A stretch of DNA of 43,978 nt from a virus (taxonomy: Duplodnaviria > Caudoviricetes). Numbering within the stretch: position 1 is the first letter of the stretch; the number at the start of each line of letters is the position of its first letter. The stretch is from the IMG/VR virus record IMGVR_UViG_3300027581_000011, positions 1 through 43,978 of that record; one strand, written 5' to 3'. Below, piece by piece: positions 42,942-43,978 of this stretch. Both the position numbers and the translations under genes were made by a program. The notes beneath the pieces are model-generated. The model did not search any database, was not told where the DNA came from, and saw only the letters and a program-made list of their open reading frames with translations.

Positions 42942-43798
42942 AGTCTGAACTTGATGCAGACTTTATGATCTTTTGTCCATTTCACAACAATCACAGAACC
43001 CCAGCAGGAGAAGTACAAAAAGGTAGCGGAATGTTCTTTTGTTTTTCTTGCCAAAAATCTGCAGACCTTATAGAACTAGTTATGCATACCTCTGGAAGAA
43101 CATATTTTGAGTCTGCAAGGTTTATAAAGAGTAAAGAAAAGTTAAGTAATATTACTACAGAAATTGACAAGGCTCTTGTAAAAGAAGAAGTTTATAAAAC
43201 CTTTGATGAACTTATTATCAAAAGATTACACAATGGCTTGGTTGCTTCAGAAAGAGCAAGAAATTATTTTAAATACAGAAAAATTGAAAAGACTTCTTGC
43301 ATAAAGTTTTCATTGGGCTATTCAGAAAAGCAAGATATGGTAACAGTGCCTGTACATAGTCCAGACGGAATCCCCTTGGGGTTTGTTGGCAGATCTGTTG
43401 AGGGAAAAGATTTTAAGAATACTCCAGGACTTCCAAAAAGCAAAACATTATTTAACTTGCATAGAGTTAAAAAGTCTGATAGAGTATATGTAGTGGAGTC
43501 TTCGTTTGATGCTATCAGACTTGACCAGGTAGGACTTCCAGCAGTAGCAACACTTGGTGCAAACGTATCAAGCACACAAATAGAATTGCTTCAGAAGTAT
43601 TTCAATAACATTATTGTTATTGCCGATAATGATGAGGCAGGAGGAAACATGAAAGATAGGATAGTTGAAAAACTTTCTACTCGTGTTTCTGTTATCAAAC
43701 TAAACAATCAGTATAAGGATATTGGAGATATGCCAGATGAAGAACTTAAGAATTTAGAGTTCCAGTTTGACAAATCTATATCTCTTATGCTAAACTAA
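42854..43798 (+). CDS. dnaG: DnaG-like DNA primase (CHC2 zinc finger + TOPRIM)
   Basis: CPFH...FFCFSC, GFVGR, KSKTLFNL, VVESSFDAI, VATLG, ADNDEAG and KDIGD. Confidence 0.92.
   Translation: MDSRNRRNQSNIYSAEQVKRVLTGSGITVESELDADFMIFCPFHNNHRTPAGEVQKGSGMFFCFSCQKSADLIELVMHTSGRTYFESARFIKSKEKLSNITTEIDKALVKEEVYKTFDELIIKRLHNGLVASERARNYFKYRKIEKTSCIKFSLGYSEKQDMVTVPVHSPDGIPLGFVGRSVEGKDFKNTPGLPKSKTLFNLHRVKKSDRVYVVESSFDAIRLDQVGLPAVATLGANVSSTQIELLQKYFNNIIVIADNDEAGGNMKDRIVEKLSTRVSVIKLNNQYKDIGDMPDEELKNLEFQFDKSISLMLN
43767..43796 (+). promoter_or_regulatory. sigma70/SigA-type promoter TTGACA-N18-TAAACT (extended TG) inside the primase 3' end
   Basis: TTGACA at 43767-43772 and TGCTAAACT at 43788-43796; SD AAGGAG precedes ATG 43822. 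Confidence 0.65.
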
Positions 43799-43821
43799 TA
43801 TAACAAACAAAGGAGAAATAT

Positions 43822-43978
43822 ATGAGCGTAGTAAAGGGACTCAAGAACATTAATGCCCTGCTCGACAAGCCAAAGTATGAAAACGACGGGCCAAAGTTAA
43901 AGTGGCTAAAACTCGCTGATGGACAATCAGTTAAGATTCGATTTATCGAAGAACTTGATGAAGACTCAGCAAACTATA
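43822..43978 (+). CDS. partial gene, probable gp32-like single-stranded DNA-binding protein
   Basis: Translates as MSVVKGLKNINALLDKPKYENDGPKLKWLKLADGQSVKIRFIEELDEDSANY. WLKL.DG....IRF is typical of phage SSBs, and it follows the primase. Runs off the window. Confidence 0.65.
   Translation, partial: MSVVKGLKNINALLDKPKYENDGPKLKWLKLADGQSVKIRFIEELDEDSANY

Noticed and set aside
43490-43520. Primase TOPRIM motif reads ESSFD rather than EG..D, suggesting inactivation
   Set aside because: The catalytic Glu and the DxD (DND) are intact, so this is most simply a family variant.
1642-43575. Numerous - strand ORFs (e.g. 4983-5447, 16681-17328, 26552-27079, 31619-32392)
   Set aside because: They are antisense shadows of Ala/Thr/Val/Glu-rich + strand genes, fully nested, low-complexity and without translation signals.
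1-43978. tRNA, rRNA, integrase or transposase genes
   Set aside because: Intergenic gaps are short and accounted for by promoters and terminators; no cloverleaf or recombinase motifs were seen by eye.

Overview
This window is an AT-rich segment of a long-tailed (siphovirus-like) dsDNA bacteriophage genome, and nearly all real genes are on the + strand. The order is: a tail-fibre/virion-accessory module (162-7414); a DUF6065-like gene and a class II (B12) ribonucleotide reductase; a large LamG-like virion protein; portal, prohead protease-scaffold and major capsid; head-tail joining genes, major tail protein and two tail-assembly chaperones; a 3029-aa tape measure protein with LysM; the tail tip/baseplate genes; then a replication module (Zn-ribbon, HTH, DnaB-like helicase, DnaG-like primase, start of an SSB). 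Many genes have a TGnTATAAT promoter 6-7 nt before the start codon (leaderless mRNAs). With the gene content, this suggests a low-GC actinobacterial host such as freshwater Actinobacteria (inference only). The most unusual element is a protein built as Fn3 x3 - (Ala-Phe-Gly)x24 - Hint domain with non-canonical catalytic residues, directly followed by a DUF6065-like gene. This is a candidate self-processing, possibly enzymatically tailored virion appendage. Also notable: the usual frameshifted tail chaperone pair appears to be replaced by an in-frame G-T fusion plus a separate G paralogue, and the tape measure carries a possible His-Me nuclease-like cargo. All family calls come from motif recognition by eye; no searches were run.
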